Assembly: GCF_036321535.1 (NCBI RefSeq)
Contig: NC_087449.1
Location: 41,540,001-41,604,000 of the forward strand
Source of the DNA: Camelus dromedarius
Taxonomy: Eukaryota
Reading direction: 5' to 3'
Length of the DNA: 64,000 nucleotides
In this document: positions 37,223 to 49,400 of the stretch, piece by piece
Layout of the letters: every line of letters starts with the position of its first letter
Numbering within the stretch: position 1 is the stretch's first letter
The notes under the pieces: generated by a model
The model's database searches: none
Told to the model about the DNA's origin: nothing
The model's input: only the letters and a program-made list of their open reading frames with translations
Position numbers and translations under genes: made by a program

Positions 37223-40210
37223 TGATGCAGCCAAAGCAGCCCAGGTGAGTCCAGGCCTCCCTGACTCATCGTGCTGGGCAGGATCACTCAAGAGAGGGCA
37301 GTGCCAGCAAGAGGCCTGCCAGCTGGGAGGGCAAAGGCAGAGACCCAAATACCTGTGCAGTCTTTTCTCCACAAGATGCCCCACACCACCTTGGCTTGAT
37401 ACTCTGTCCATTTCTAGCAGTCTGTGACCACTTAAACCTTCTCGCCAGGGCTGTTTGACCCACTGAACAGATAGGGAAATTGAGGCCAGAGAGAGAAGAC
37501 ATCTCCAGGTGAACTCTGACCTCCGTGCTCAGGCTGACCTCTCTATACTTCCTACTAAACACCATGGGTGTGACACTCCCCCACCCCCAGCCAAAGCGTG
37601 GAGCCAGACCCATGCCCACCTCTGACTCTCCCTGGCCAGGGGAGAGACACCAGGGGAAGAAGCATATCTAATGGTGGGGAGATCTCAAGGATGGTGGTTG
37701 GAGAAAGTGATGGACGAGAACAGAGAGACAAAGAAATATAGGCGGGGATGGGAGGGCAGGCATGGATGACAGAGAGATGTGGGAGAGACATTTGAAGGAG
37801 ACCTAAGAGAAGGTGCATGGGATGGAAAGTGAGAGACAGACATGGGAAGGAGAGGGACAGAGACAGAGGAAGAGAATCCTGAGGGAGAAGGAGGAGAGAT
37901 GCAGAGGCAGAGGATGGCGAGAAGGGCAGAGAGAATGATGCAGGCAGAGAGAGATGGAGACAAGGGAGGGAAACAGAGATGAGAGACAGACCCAGAAAGA
38001 AAGAGCTGGGGGCAGGGAATCAGACAGCTCATCGTCCTCCAAGGCCACCCAAAGCAGCTTCACCCTGGGCTGGAGCAAGGGGAGCCCCTTTTCCCTCCTC
38101 CTGGGCTCTCAGCCTGAGCTTTTGCCCTCATCTTTCTGTCCCACCCCCCACCCCAGCAGGGCTCGTCAGCCAGACACCCCCTCTTGGGGGTGGTGGTTGA
38201 GGCGGGTTCCCTAGGATACCTGAGGCAGACAGGCAGGGTCCCTGGGGCGGAGTTGCTAGGAGACACAGCCCCAGGCCCCAGCCTGTCTCCTGAGCCTTTC
38301 CCAAGGCTCGGCACTTACCTGGGGGCTCACCTGGGGCCAGGGGCCCTCCAGCTCCCACCCCACCCAGCCCTGGCAGGCCTCTGCTGGGCATTCTATTGGC
38401 AGAGGGCATGCACACTCGGTGACCCCGCAGTTTGCCAGGCCTCACTGGCTCCTGCCACGCCTTCCCCCTGCTGTAGGGCCTGCTGTGCCCCTGGAGAAAC
38501 ACGGACTTGTAGGGCTGGGCTCCAGTTACTGGGAGGCTTGTTCAGCTCTCAAGCTGCTTTTAACAGTGATGTGCCCTTGGGCAAGTCACTCTCCCTGCTG
38601 AGTCTCAGCCTCTCATCTTTAAACAAGGATAATAATAGTATCCATTTCATAGGGTCCTCCTGAGGAGGAAGAGCTGTAATGGGGTCACAGAGCAGTGGAT
38701 GGGTGGCTGGTTTCCAGCTCTATCCCTGAGCTGGCTAGGCAGGTGGGAGCGCCCCAGTTAGCCTGGCCCTGGCTTCCTTTTGTGCCCTGTTAAGTCTGAT
38801 TCACAGCAGCCTCCAGGGAAGGGTCTGCCCTGAGCCATTTTACAGGTGCAGAAACAGAGTTACAGAGGTGTGCCTTTGCACAAACTCCCACAACCAGGTA
38901 TGGGAGAGCTGGTGCCAGGCAGGCGGCTTCCGGAGCCCAGCTCTTAACCTCCAGCCCCAGGATCAGGTATAACTAGAGACTCGCCACACGGAGGGAGAGT
39001 GAGGGCAGAGGGCCAGGGCTCCTCCCTGGTCCTCCACCCCAGTGCTGGGGTCTGGCTTGGACAAGGCCAGGGAGGAAGCTTTGAAAGTGGCAGGGGAGGG
39101 CCCGCCCGAGGCCAGGCTGCAGCTCAGGCCTCCCGGCTTTGATTTACCATCTGCCTTCAGGCTGCTGCTCACCTCAGCCATAAATTTGTGGCTGCAGCGC
39201 TGGCCAGGTCCCTGGCAGGCTGCAGGGGGCATCTCCTGGAAGCTTTAGAGCATGCCACCCAGAGGAGTCCCGTCCCCAGCCTGCCCTGGAGCTGCTCTTG
39301 GGGGAGAGCTAAGAACTGCATTCCCCTCCCCCGGCTAAGGCCGGCTTCGCCAGCGCACTCTGGGGTTCGAGGACCCCTGGCCACGCAAGAGGCATCCAGC
39401 CCAAGCCTGTTCCCTGTCTGGGTCACCTCATTGCCTCTGGACTCTGCAGGGTCAGCCCAAGGTAGTGTGGGTTGTGAGTGGCGGGGGCTGTCTCTCCAGT
39501 CTCTCTGACTTCCAAGCCAGGCCCATGGATTTGTGGAGACAAATGCCCACGGCCAAGGCGAGCCTTCTCCCACTCTGGCCTCGTGAACCCTGCAAACTCC
39601 TTAACCTTTCACTTAAAAATGTAATGAGATGAAACAGGCCAGCATGGTGCCAGGCACCCAGCAGTAGTCCCTCTACAGATGCCAGCTCCCTTCCATCCCT
39701 CGTCTTTCCCCCCAGTAGGTACTAGGCACTGAGGCTGGTCAGGAGCCTTCTGGATACTTTTCCAGGGATACCAGGCCCTTGGCCAGAAGCGCCTTGCCTG
39801 GGCCTCAGGAGATGGTTCCAGGGAGCTGAAAAGCGAGAGAACCAGGGGGGGCATTGGGTGGGATGGGGACTGAGGGATACACATGACAGCCACATGTCTG
39901 AGCAGTCCCCTCGGTGAATTTTCTCCCAGCATCCCTGCATTGTGAGCCTCTGGGGGCGCCTGGATTTACCTTCCACTTCTTTGTCTCCCTATCCCCTTCT
40001 ACAGGCATACTCTCCAAAATGAGTTCAAATCCTGGCTCAGGCCCTTTCCAGCTGTGCACCATGGTGCCAGTCACAGGGCCATGCATGGGACTGATGTCAG
40101 ACCAAGGAGCATCTGAGACGCGGTAATGGCTTTGGGTCTGACTGTGCGTGATGGCAAGAAAGCGCAGGAGAGTGTGGCCAGGCCAGCAGGGGGGAAGGGG
40201 GTGTAGTAGT

Positions 40211-40490
40211 GAGAATGCAACTTGTGCATGTGTGCTCACATGTGTCTCTTGCACACGTGTGCATGTGCTCACACCAAGTGCTTGTGCCATGTGCATTGTG
40301 CACACACATATGAGCACACGTATACACACATGCATGTTGTGCATGTGTGTGCGTGCTTATATACAGTAGTGTGTGATCCCTTGTGCTTGTGTACACGGCA
40401 CATGCGTACACCATGTGTGTGCTTTGTATACAAGTGGGTGTGCGCATGCATATAGGTGTGTGCGTGCACGAACGTGTGGGGGGTGCGCAG
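40211..40490. repeat. Degenerate TG/CA/TGCA low-complexity block A
   Basis: Alternating purine-pyrimidine sequence. Explains the C/V/H/T-rich chance ORFs. Confidence 0.9.
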
Positions 40491-41286
40491 GCGGGTCTTC
40501 CTGGCTCCCTGAAATCCCTCCCCTCTTTGATTCCTCACCTCCTCCCTCCATCTCTCTTCCTCAGCCTCCGCCGCTCCCTGCTTCCTTCCTACCCTGAGGC
40601 CCAGCTGCCCGGTATCCAGAGAGCGGCCCCGGCAGCACTGATCACGCTGTGCGCTCACGAGGACCCTCTAATCCTCTTAGCTCCCACTTAACCCCAAGGC
40701 CCCCTGGTGGAAGCAGCCCCTGCCCACACTGGCCTGGGGGCACCCCGGCAGAGGCTAATGGGCTCCCAAACCAGCCCTCAGCGGGTTCATTAGTCACAAT
40801 GAACCCCAGATCCTCACTGGGAGTTGAGAGGCACACTTCTCCATCAGTAAGTCCCTTTCCTACCCATGATCCCTTTTGATCCTGACAATCTCTTGTGAGG
40901 TGGGGATTTTAATTGCACATTTGACAGTGAAGGGTGTTGAGGCCTTGGAGAGGGAGGGAGCCTCTCTCGAGGTCACATAGCAGGTCGTAGCAGAATTATC
41001 TCAGCTCAGGCTGCTCCCACACCTGAGGTCTCAGGGAAGTGCGTTGGTGTGCTCCCTGGGGGACACTCAAAATTCTAGGGCTCTGACATCCTGGGGGTCT
41101 TCTCCTACCAGAGCTCTGCTCAGCTCCTGGGGCCCCAATTCCCCCGGCGGTCCCCTCTCCTTGACTCCTGCCTCTACCCACCATCCCAAGTGTTCTGGCA
41201 GCCACCTCCTCGCAGACCCTCCTTGCCTCCATTCCATCCCTTGGGGCCATGGGTCCTGCTCAGAACCACCTGGAGGTGGGGGGATG

Positions 41287-41515
41287 TGAGTATGCACACT
41301 GTGCATGTGTGCTTACATGTGTGTCTCTTTGCACATGTGTGCCGTGTGCATTGCTCATGTGTGCACACACGTGTGCACATGTATACACGCGTATGCACCT
41401 TGCATGTGTATATACAGGTGTATGTGCATGTGTGCTTGTGTGTCACATGCACACCTTGCATGTGCTTTGTGCACACGTGCGTGTGTGCACGCATGTCTGT
41501 CCAGCCTGCATGCAG
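41287..41515. repeat. Degenerate TG/CA/TGCA low-complexity block B
   Basis: Same composition as block A and alignable to it. Confidence 0.9.
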
Positions 41516-41789
41516 TCCCCCTGTGTTGCCTTTCCAGAGCCACAGTGGCTCATTGGTTCACAGCAGTCAGACCAACATGAGTCTGGTCTTGCACAGGAGA
41601 GCCTGCACCCCAACCTGGCCTGCTCGGTCCCCACCCTCTCATCCCCATCATCACCCTCTCCCTTCTCCTCAGACCACCTGGTTTCTTTCTGAATTCTTAT
41701 CACTCCCACGGTTTTCCTCTGCTTGCAGATTTGCACCCTCGGTGTGAAGTTCCCTATGCCTGGAATGGCCCCTCCCCAAGCTCTTTGCC

Positions 41790-42545
41790 TGCCTGACCCC
41801 TCAGTTCTGGACATCAGTGTCTCTGCCTCAGAGAATCTTCCCTGACTGCCCAGTCTAAAGCAAATGTCCATGTTATTTGCCTCCAAGGCACATTTCATAG
41901 TTTGCGTGAATATACCCCTTTCTGTCTTTATCAGCTTCATATCAGTTTCCCCTTCTACAGCACAAGCTTCTTGCCTGAGGCCAAGGGGACACGTATGTCC
42001 CTGTATGTCCAACACAGGTTGTAGAGATGGCAGGCACATAGTAGAGTTTGGGTAAATCTTTGGTGAAGAAATGAAAGGTGGAGTATAGCTCAGCTGTAGC
42101 ACACATGCTTAGCATGCACAAGGTCCTGGGTTCAACCCCAGTACCTCCATTAAAACAATAAATAAATAAATCTACCTCCCTCCAAAATTTAAAAAAAAAA
42201 TGAAGGGTGGAGAAATGAATGGGTAAGATGTATACCTCCTACATGCCTGCCTGACTGAAGAGCTGGGTTGTGGAGAGGAGGAGCCTTTGCTCACTCTGTT
42301 CTCTCCACCTGGATTCCCCTCCCCTTCTTTATCTGGAAAACTCCTACTAATCTGTCAAGCCCCAGCCATCTGATCCTCCATGAAGAGCTGGTCTCTCTCT
42401 CGGCCCCAATGCATCTTGTTGGATTGCAACAATCCATTTACATGTCTTGTCTCCCATGAGGTGACAACCTCAAAAGTAGGACGTCTTTTTCATCTCTATA
42501 TTCCCAGGGCCTTCCTAAGGTGCTCAGCACACAGTATGTATAAAA
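41790..42545 (+). mobile_element. L2 3' region interrupted by the SINE
   Basis: TCTCTGCCTCAGAGAATCTTCCCTGAC..CCTGAGGCCAAGGGGAC..GGCACATAGTAGAG. Resumes at 42270 with CCTTTGCTCACTCTGTTCTCTCCACCTGG. Confidence 0.75.
42077..42200 (+). mobile_element. Camelid tRNA-derived SINE (Vic-1-like)
   Basis: TAGCTCAGCTG A box, GGTTCAACCCC B box, (AATA)n-ACCTCCC-poly(A) tail. 15-bp TSD AAATGAA(A/G)GGTGGAG at 42069-42083 and 42198-42212 (14/15). Confidence 0.9.
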
Positions 42546-43289
42546 GTTCTTAAAATGGAAGACCTTTAGGTTGACCTTTCGGGTCAATGCCTTTAGAACC
42601 CACTTGGGATGGCAATATCTCTAAAAGGTATTATAGACTCCTCTGCCTTTTTAAAATGGCTTATGGGACATGATGGAACCTTGGTTGATTGTATGATGCA
42701 GGGTTTTTCAGAAGGAGGCTTGGAGATCATCCAGTAGAGGAGAGACTTCAGGTCTGGAAAGATCAAGTGACTTGCCCAAGCACCGAGTGTGACATACGTT
42801 ACTGAATGTCTGGGCTGTAAGACGGCGACCTCCCTGCTTTGCTGAAAGATTTAGGGCCCTTGCCTTGCCCCTGCACTAAATGGCCCCCAAGTCAGTGTTC
42901 TTTGAGTTTTTTGCATGATTTTTAGAATCCTCCCATTTCAGCACATTACCCAGCCAGTGTACCTGTTCCCCACCTTATCCTTCTAATTTATTTCGATCCA
43001 CTGGAGGCAGGAAAACCAGGTAACCAAGCTTGATGGAGCCATGTGGAAAGGAAGAGTTACAGTCCTGGCCTGAGACCTGGGAGCCCGTCTCCCCTGGAGA
43101 GCATGGTGGGAGCCCTAGTGCTGGGGCTTTGTGATGTCTTCCTGCCTCTGCTGTGCCTTGGCCTTTCCTGAGTGAGAAAGGATGTTGTTACAGGCAGTTG
43201 GGAGCAAGCGGTACCCTTAGTGGATAAACAACAAACAGTCCCTCCAGCCAGAATGCCCAAGGCCAAGGCCCAGCTCCACCCCCTGCTAG

Positions 43290-43440
43290 CCACAAGACCC
43301 TGGGTAAGTGACTTGACCTCCCTGAGCCTCAGCTTCCTCTCTGTAATAGCTGAGGGCAATAAAGGGGCCTACCTCTGGGTTATGATGACGATAAAGTGCT
43401 TAAAGCAGGGCCCAGTGCACTTTGAGTGCTGTAGCAGCAT
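43290..43440 (+). mobile_element. MIR SINE
   Basis: GGGTAAGTGACTTGACCTCCCTGAGCCTCAGCTTCCTCTCTGTAA..GATAAAGTGCTTAAA. Confidence 0.8.
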
Positions 43441-43866
43441 TGGCGACCACTGCGATCACTTTCCGCCTCAGCCTGGAGAAGTCTCTCCCTTCTGTTCTCC
43501 CCCTCCTCTGGTCATCCCCAGCACCAGTCTCTAAGAGGTAGGTTCTAGATCTTCTCTTCTCTCCTGAGTCCCAAGTCCCTCCCCACCTCTCCGTCCTGGT
43601 GATGCTCTCCTCCATATCCCCTGGGCAGAACCAATTCTTCCCAGCTGTCTAGGTGATAGAGCCCCAGCCCCCAGGTGAGCACAGCCTCTCCCTCCACCCC
43701 GCAGCAGGTGGGTGCTCCCGTGTGGCTGCTGGATGGATTCCTAGCAGCCTGCACTCTCCTCCCCCACCCCTGGGGTCCTTCTCCTAGTCACCCCACCCCC
43801 CACCCCAGCTCTGGCAGCCAAGCTCTCTCACAGGCAGAAGCTGGCACCTCACCCAGGATGGGAGAG

Positions 43867-44046
43867 NNNNNNNNNNNNNNNNNNNNNNNNNNNNNNNNNN
43901 NNNNNNNNNNNNNNNNNNNNNNNNNNNNNNNNNNNNNNNNNNNNNNNNNNNNNNNNNNNNNNNNNNNNNNNNNNNNNNNNNNNNNNNNNNNNNNNNNNNN
44001 NNNNNNNNNNNNNNNNNNNNNNNNNNNNNNNNNNNNNNNNNNNNNN
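43867..44046. other. Assembly gap (180 N)
   Basis: Run of n. Confidence 1.
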
Positions 44047-44249
44047 TAAAAAGGATGGAAACGGTGGGCCGGAGGAAAGAAAAGAAGTGTAAAAATAGAT
44101 GGAGTGACCCTGGGGCTCATGCACGGTGAGCAGGGGGGACGGATGGGGCCACCGCCCTGGCCTTGACCACACTGTTGAAAAGGGAAGTCTGAGGTGACAG
44201 TGCTCTCCGCAGGGGGACAGCAAGCAGCCTGGCAGGCCAGACACTGGGA

Positions 44250-44430
44250 TACGTGCCTTGAGTGCATTAGCTCATTATCCTCACGCTGAATCCCGGTGTC
44301 TTGTTCCCGTTTTACATAGAAGAGAATGAGCCCCCGAGAGGTCATGTGACTTGTCCAAAGATGCACAAAGACTAATTAATAGAGACAGGACTTGAACTTG
44401 GGTCTAACTCCAGAACCTGTGCTTTTGCAA
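44250..44430 (-). mobile_element. MIR SINE
   Basis: GCATTAGCTCATTATCCTCAC..CCCGTTTTACATAGAAGAGAATGAG..GTGACTTGTCCAAAG..GGACTTGAACTTGGGTCT. Confidence 0.8.
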
Positions 44431-46467
44431 CCCCGCCTGCTAGAGGCTACAGCAGTCACCACTGCAGATGCCCTTGGAAGAAGCAGCTCTGACCACTAAC
44501 TCCCAGAGGGTCTCAGTGGCCCACTGAATCTCAGGGCTGGGTGTGGGGGGATGGGTGGCTGCCAGGTGGTAACATCTCTGCCAATCTGAATGGGACCTGA
44601 GGTCCTCTGGGAAGGGATCTTTCTAGCCCTCCATCCTCTCTGATCCCTCTAGATGTGCTTTTACAGGACAGAGAGGGGTGGCAAGTGGGACCTGTCATGG
44701 GCCTGGCATGGCCATCTCTCCCTGGGAGCCTCAGGGGCTCCACTGTGCCCAGGACCAAGAAGCTGATGGGCTAGATTCCAACCTGGCTCTGCCAGGGTTG
44801 CCATATGGCCTTGGGCAAGTTCCCTTGCTTTCTTGGACCTCAGTTTCTCTATCTGTAACAGAGAATATGGGACCAGGGGATATATGGGTCCTTTTGAGAA
44901 TACTGGACTCAGCTCCAATGGTGAACTGAGTTCCAAGAAGCCAGAATGGGCTCTATAGTGGGCAGGGGGAAGAGACAGACAGGGGAAGTCCCAGAGCCCG
45001 CAGAGGAGGGGCTGTGTGTTCTAGCTTCCAAGGGGCTGGGCTGAAAGGAACCAGGAGGAAGCCAGAAGCCCTGCAGGAGGCCACGGGTAGGAGGCTGTCC
45101 AGGGAGGGAATGGGGATCAGGCTGAGAGGAGGGGAGAAAAGGGGTGTGGAATGGAGTGAGACCACTCGCCCCCATTCCCACCTGGGGACACCAATCCAGG
45201 GGACCAGTTGACTGGAAGGCTGGACCTGGCAAGGCCTAAATCAGGGGACACTTGATTCTTCCCCTGCACTGCTGAGGTTCTTTTTAGAGCTTGCTCTGGT
45301 GTTTCCTGGCTCCTGGACCATATCTGAGCATATCCCATAGTTTTTCTGGACACTCTCAGGCAGTATCAGCCTCATTTTTATGAGTTAAAACTCCAATCTA
45401 ATCTAGCATCAAAATGTCAATTTCTCATTCAGTCTAAAGATTCGCCCTTTCCTTCTCTAGTTCAGGCCTGACCCAGGCTAAGAAACTTTCAAAGGAGATG
45501 GGAGGCCTGATCCTCCAGGAAGATCTTGGCTACCAGGTCCTTTCTGCAGAGCATTTCTTATGGGTCTTTTGAGTACTCTTCACTGGGGATCCTCCAGCCA
45601 GTTTTTTCCTGACACGGGCAATGTTGTCGGCAGCTGGTACCTTGTGACTGTCCCAGCTCCTGCCTCTGGGGGCTCACCCCACCAAGTCTTCCAGAGATTA
45701 CCTGGCCTTGGCAGGCAGACCCTTCATGCAGTGTCCCTTGCTATGGATATTCTGACCCAAAGAAGACTCTGGGCTTTCCAGAGTCTCTCCCCAACCACCA
45801 TAGCTAGTTCCAGGTCACCGCCCCTTCTGGACTCTTTTCAAGCCAAGGTCAGACCCCGGCCACTGTGCCTACCCAGATTCTAGGGGACACATGTCAGCTT
45901 TTCCAGGTGTTTCTCCTGAAGCTCCACTCACTTCCCCAATTAAGGCAGGAGTAGGGGGGGCACAGCCCATCCCTCCAAAGGCATCCACACTTTCCATCTC
46001 CCCCTGCCCCACCCTATCACTCTTAATTCCCTTTGTGTAGCATGGAAATGGGTCCTAAGGGTCACAGAACTAGTTTGGGGTCACTAACCTTGCAAGACCT
46101 GAAGAGCTCTACATCTCGATTTAAAATGTGGGTTTCTCAGCACCAATTACTCTCAGAAGCACTCCAAGTGAACCATGTCCCATTCAGACCTTCTGTTATG
46201 AAAGCAAGCCCCTGCTCCTCCAGCTAATTCCGACTCCTTCTCTGGCTACATCCCCACCCCTGTCACCCATCCCAGGCCCAGCCCCAATCCTCTCCCTGTG
46301 GCAGGACACTACAGCCTCGTGTCCTCTCTTGAACAGAACCTTCACTCCAGCCATCCTGCAGAGCCTGGACGGAGACTGTGGCCCCGAGCAGGCCAGCCAC
46401 AGAGCCACATCCCAAACCCAGGCAGCAACTCACGAGCCAGTGCGCCTTCCACCAGCTCAGCCCCCTG

Positions 46468-46503
46468 CTGTCATCTCTCTGGTAGGTATGAGCTGATTGA
46501 TGG
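46468..46503 (+). promoter_or_regulatory. Candidate Meis/Prep plus Pbx-Hox composite element
   Basis: CTGTCA (46468-46473) and TGATTGATGG (46494-46503). Confidence 0.4.
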
Positions 46504-46574
46504 AGGGGCTGAGGCCGGAAGGAATCCCTTCCCCTCTAAGGCAGCAGCCGCAGTGTCTGCAAGAGCAAGGTTGG

Positions 46575-46770
46575 GAGCCAGATAGACCTGGCTTTGAATC
46601 CTGGTGCTCCTACTTTCCATCTGGCTGATTTGAGGCAGGTCACCTCACATTTCTACACCTCAATTCCCCCTCTGTAAAATGAGCATGATAATCCTGAACC
46701 CAGAGGGTTGCCGGGAAGGGTGAGGGAGATGAGGTCCTAGCCAGGTGCTGGCACAAAGAAAATCAGTTCC
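46575..46770 (+). mobile_element. MIR SINE
   Basis: GGAGCCAGATAGACCTGGCTTTGAATCCTGG..CTCAATTCCCCCTCTGTAAAATGAG. Confidence 0.8.
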
Positions 46771-47193
46771 CTTAGGCCCCCTCCCTTGCAGTCAGGACAT
46801 TGAGGTTCAACTTCAAGCCCAGAGATCAATTTTTTGGCCGAACTGGGTCTTGAACTCCTCACTTACGTCCAGGAGAGAAAAGCTGCAGTGTGTTGAGGCA
46901 GACAGCAGGGACCTGAAGGGCTAAGGAGGGGCCCCTGGAAGAGAGTCTTTAGTATTAGAGGTGGTAGGGGCACAGCCCAGATGGGAAGGGCTGTTCCTCC
47001 CACCCATCTGCTCCCAGACCCCTCCCACCAGGGATGGCACTCTAGCCCCTCCCCCAGTTCCAGCACAGATGGCAGGAAGGAAATGCCAAGGCATGGAGGC
47101 AGGGAGGGGCCGCCCAGCCCCCGGAGGCTCCAGCCCTTGCCAAGCTTCCCACGGGAGGAGGAGGCAAATGCCCCCTCCCTTGCTATGGCACTG

Positions 47194-47341
47194 NNNNNNN
47201 NNNNNNNNNNNNNNNNNNNNNNNNNNNNNNNNNNNNNNNNNNNNNNNNNNNNNNNNNNNNNNNNNNNNNNNNNNNNNNNNNNNNNNNNNNNNNNNNNNNN
47301 NNNNNNNNNNNNNNNNNNNNNNNNNNNNNNNNNNNNNNNNN
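47194..47341. other. Assembly gap (148 N)
   Basis: Run of n. Confidence 1.
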
Positions 47342-47689
47342 CTGCACAGAGGCAGAGGGAGGTGGTGCCCTGTGGGCAGGGGGAGCTCAGGCTGAATTCC
47401 TTCTGGCCACAACAGGTTTAGGGGCTCCAGAAGCCCGTGGGACCCTAGAGGTCCCCGCTGAGGGTGAGGCTGGCCCTTGGACCAGCCGGGAGTCCTCCCG
47501 AAGCCCCCATTTCCTCATTTATAAAATTGGGAAAATGGACTGGGTGGTAAAGATCAAATAAAATAATGAGCATGGGCTTGCTTTGTAAATTCAGACCTGA
47601 CATAAACGTTGGCTGTTTGGGAGAGCTCAAAGGCTCAGTCCTCACACAGACTTGAGATTCAGTCCCTCTTCTGCTCCTTGCTGACTCCA

Positions 47690-48600
47690 TGATAGCCCCA
47701 ACTTTCGGTTCAGTAGGATGAGGATAACACTGCCTCCCTACCAGATTCAGCTTTTCACTTAGCCATTTAATATTTATCAAACCCATCTGTGTACCAAGTG
47801 CTGTGTTAGTTCCTAGGGACACAAAAGTGATTGAGGAAGACCCATTTCCTGCCCTCCCTGAGCTTACATTCTAGTGGGAGAAGCAGACCCAAAACAACAC
47901 ACAGACCAGCACATCTCAGGGTGTGATAAGACTCAAGAATGCAGACAAGGGTCTGTAGGAAGGATGATGAGGATGGACTTTCTGGGGAAAGTGACATCTC
48001 AGGTGAGACCTAAGTGATGAGAAAGAGCTGGACTCTGAAGTGAACAAGAGAGAGCTCAGACCAGGGTCCCACAGGGCAAGCATCCTGAAGTGTGTTTGAA
48101 ACCCAGGAGGAGGACCACTGTGGCTGCAGCAGGGCAAACAGGTAAGTGTGAACTGTGATTTCCTCCTAAGTGCAATGGGCAGTGGAAAGTAGCTTTACGT
48201 AAAGAAGTGATGTATTTGATTTCCAGGTACATGCTGAGGATGCTTTTGCTGTTCCAGGTACGTGCTGAGAATGGGCCTTCTGCAGCTAGCCTAGGTGGAA
48301 GCCTGCTGCAGAGGTCCAGGGTGGAGAGCTGGATGGTGTGAACCCGGGGGTAGCAACAGAGATGGAGAGAAGTAGTCAGATTTAAGATAATTCTGGGAGA
48401 TAGACTTGCCAGGACTTGTTCCTGGTCCAAATAAGGGAGGTGAGGGAAAGGGGAGAAAGAAAGATAACAGGTAGACCTCTGGTCTGAGTATATGGGTGGT
48501 TGGTAGTGCCAATCTCTGAGATCGGGAAAACGGATTACTTGGCAAATCACCTGTAAAGATAGGACTGAAGTCCTCCCTCTAGGGGATAAACCACATGGGT
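47690..48600 (-). mobile_element. L2 fragment
   Basis: CATTTAATATTTATCAAACCC..CCAAGTGCTGTGTTAG..CCCTGCCCTCCCTGAGCTTACATTCTAGTGGG..GAGAAGTAGTCAGATTTAAG. Confidence 0.8.
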
Positions 48601-48704
48601 AGCCAAGCAGCCTTCAGGACAGGCCACTTCCTTCCCCCTGTCCCCAGGGGGCCACGACAGCCTCTCTAGAAGAACTGTTTGGAGAGGCTGATGGGCAGGG
48701 GCCT

Positions 48705-49400
48705 CGGTTAGAACTCTGCTTTAAAAGTGACAGAAACATAACTCCAAATTCCATAGGCACAAAGAAGGATTTAGTGGCTTGCAGAATGCAAGGAATTAAC
48801 CCATGGGAATGGCCCGGAGAGCAGCTGGGCCAAGGAGCCGCTGGATCTGCTCTGCTCTCTGCTTCTCCCCATGTACCAGCTCTTCCTTTCCAACCACAGA
48901 CCCACTTCTTCCCCAAGGCAGGAAGCACTGGATCCTCCAGATTTTTTCAAAAGAGAAATCGACTTTAATTTTTAATTTTTTTCTTCAATAGGCCACCTTT
49001 GATCTAAAAATATTAAGAAATATGACAATGAAATCTATGATGAGTGGAAAAGACTACTCCAAAGGCACATATATTTAAAAAAAATTCAGTATTCTAAAAA
49101 TGAGTCACATACAAAAGCTATAAAAATAAGTCTAAAACAGGAAAAATATAATATGAAAAAAATTCATAATAGCATCCTCTGAATTTTTATATCTTACAAG
49201 TCTCAAGTAAGACTGTCTCTCATTTTCAGTTGAAAAATTTGGAGAATTTTAATTGGCTAGGCTTGAATTGTGTGCCACCCTTGAGCCAATCAGCTGTGGC
49301 CAGGGGTGGGGTTTCTTTAAGAACAGGCAGCACACACTATGTCCATAGGACTGGAATGGGGTTGGGAAGGGCTGGGATGCCCAAGAGACAGTGCTGAGCA
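48705..49400 (-). mobile_element. MLT1 (ERVL-MaLR) LTR split by an AT-rich insert
   Basis: AAGTGACAGAAACATAACTCCAAA..TTTAGTGGCTTG left part and ATTGGCTAGGCTTGAATTGTGTGCCACCCTTGAGCCAATCAGCTGTGGCCAGGGG right part. Confidence 0.65.

Noticed and set aside
40783-40806. Inverted repeat GGGTTCATT-N6-AATGAACCC
   Set aside because: 9-bp arms with a free loop are expected about twice by chance.
48427-48436. CArG box CCAAATAAGG (also CCTTAAAAGG at 25728)
   Set aside because: Inside L2/MIR fossils, and the count matches chance expectation.
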